Shown: in pieces, positions 62,682 through 64,000 of the stretch
Layout: each line of letters starts with the position of its first letter
How positions within the stretch are numbered: position 1 is the first letter of the stretch
The notes under the pieces: generated by a model
Databases searched by the model: none
Seen by the model: the letters and a program-made list of their open reading frames with translations, nothing else
What the model was told of the DNA's origin: nothing
Origin: Candidatus Eiseniibacteriota bacterium
GTDB taxonomy: Bacteria > Eisenbacteria > RBG-16-71-46
Length of the DNA stretch: 64,000 bases
Assembly: GCA_963776245.1 (NCBI GenBank)
Contig: CAVZLN010000004.1
Location: 224,001-288,000 of the forward strand
Reading direction: 5' to 3'
Program-made: the position numbers and the translations under genes

Positions 62682-63893
62682 GTGCCCGGCTCATCCGTGG
62701 TCGTGAGGTCGCCCTCGGGGCGAAGGCCCGCCCGGCTGCGGCCCGCCCCTGACCGGTTCGGCCGGATGGCGCGCACGTTCGCCTTCGGACTGCTCACGGC
62801 CGGGCTCCTGGGTGCTCCGCGCTCCGCGGGGGCGCAGGCCGCGGCCGACTCGTCGTCGTCCCCCGCTCGAACGTCGCCCGCGGCCGCCGACCATGGCCCA
62901 TGGTTCTACCGTGGGCTGCCCTACGGGAGCGAGTCCCAGGTGAACCCGCTCCAGCTGATCGTGAACGGCGGGTTCGGCATCCTCCAGTTCGACGATCAGG
63001 ACGCGCGCCTCGGGGACGTGAAGTTCCGCGCAGGCTGGCATCGGGTGACCAGCGACATGCTCCACCCGGTGAGGGCGATCGAGGTCGCCGGATGGAACGA
63101 CTTCCTGCTGCGCGAAGTGATCCCCGTCAGCCTCAGCAAGCGGGGCGCGCAGTACTGGCCCAACTACACCCTGCATCTGATCGGCGGGGGGATGAGCTAC
63201 ACCATGATGAGCGAGTGGTTCGAGCAGCGAGGGTACGCCGGTCCGAAGTGGTGGGCGGGTGGGACGCTCGCCGTCTACCACGGCCTGAACGAGGTGGTCG
63301 AGAACTCCGAGGCCGCCGGTCCCAACACCGACGCCATCGCCGACCTCTACATCTTCGATCCGGCGGCGGTCCTGCTGTTCAGCCACGAGGGCGTCAACCG
63401 CTTCTTCAGCCGCAGGCTCCACCTGCGCGACTGGTCCAACCAGCCGGCCATCGGCCTGCAGCGGGGCACCATCGAGAACCAGGGTCAGAACTTCTCGATC
63501 AAGCTGCCGGTGCCGCGCACCGAGCACTGGAGCGTCCTCTACTACTTCGGCAATCACGGCCAGGGCGGGCTCACGTACACCCGCGAGGATGGCTCCGCGT
63601 TCTCGGCGGCCGTCGGCATGCGGGCGCGGAAGCTGGTGGACGTGGGCCACAACGAACACACCGTCGACCTGGTGCCCTCGTACGGCCTCTTCTACGATCG
63701 CAACGGCTCCCTGCTGTTCTCGCTGGTCGGCGCCCGGACGACCCGCTACAAGCTGCGTCTGAACGCGTACCCCGGGCTGCTGGGTTTCCGCGGCGTCACG
63801 GTCGGGCTGTTCGCGCTGTGGAACCAGGACGGCAAGGCGATCTTCGGCATCGACCTGCCCTGGCTGCCCGTCGGGGCCGCGGTGCGACCGTGA
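62682..63893 (+). CDS. Exported / probable outer-membrane hypothetical protein
   Basis: Signal-like segment, PNYTLHLIGGG, beta-strand-rich C-terminus; start uncertain (could be ~62766). Confidence 0.7.
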   Translation: MPGSSVVVRSPSGRRPARLRPAPDRFGRMARTFAFGLLTAGLLGAPRSAGAQAAADSSSSPARTSPAAADHGPWFYRGLPYGSESQVNPLQLIVNGGFGILQFDDQDARLGDVKFRAGWHRVTSDMLHPVRAIEVAGWNDFLLREVIPVSLSKRGAQYWPNYTLHLIGGGMSYTMMSEWFEQRGYAGPKWWAGGTLAVYHGLNEVVENSEAAGPNTDAIADLYIFDPAAVLLFSHEGVNRFFSRRLHLRDWSNQPAIGLQRGTIENQGQNFSIKLPVPRTEHWSVLYYFGNHGQGGLTYTREDGSAFSAAVGMRARKLVDVGHNEHTVDLVPSYGLFYDRNGSLLFSLVGARTTRYKLRLNAYPGLLGFRGVTVGLFALWNQDGKAIFGIDLPWLPVGAAVRP

Positions 63894-64000
63894 TCGCCAC
63901 CGAGAACACCGTGTGCTGCTATCCTGCGGACCCGCAGGGGACCGTCCACCGGCTGCGCCGCCATTGAGCCGGGCCACCCACCCGGAGGAATGGAACCATG

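Overview
Very GC-rich bacterial chromosome segment. Gene content and style suggest Candidatus Eisenbacteria or a relative (inference only). It is mostly core genome. In order: an uncharacterised DUF6754-type membrane-protein cluster, a lipoate ligase and an Opp/Dpp ABC transporter; a sigma54-type promoter followed by a ~240-nt self-contained structured non-coding region; a bacterial microcompartment (BMC) operon (2 BMC-H, 1 BMC-T, 3 BMC-P, aldehyde dehydrogenase, no signature enzyme); then HU, bS22-like peptide, rnr, PilZ, aroA-cmk-plsC-rpsA and mutS. A small variable island follows (orphan lipoprotein, an HNH gene whose linker carries four 36-bp-phased palindromes, a lone IS-like end). After it come yitJ, an S55 peptidase/beta-propeller pair, PPIases, mutL-miaA-tRNA-Gly-der-plsY-gpsA, merR-tRNA-Pro-GT2-surE-pcm-tRNA-Pro-acyP-rpoS-like-apt, an M15 peptidase, an FHA-GAF-PP2C phosphatase and dut. 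The many frameshifts between ~8.4 and ~16.9 kb look like sequencing indels. Best candidates for something undescribed: the palindrome array inside the HNH gene, the putative sigma54-driven ncRNA ahead of the BMC operon, and the DUF6754 membrane cluster. All family assignments are from motif recognition by eye; no searches were run.
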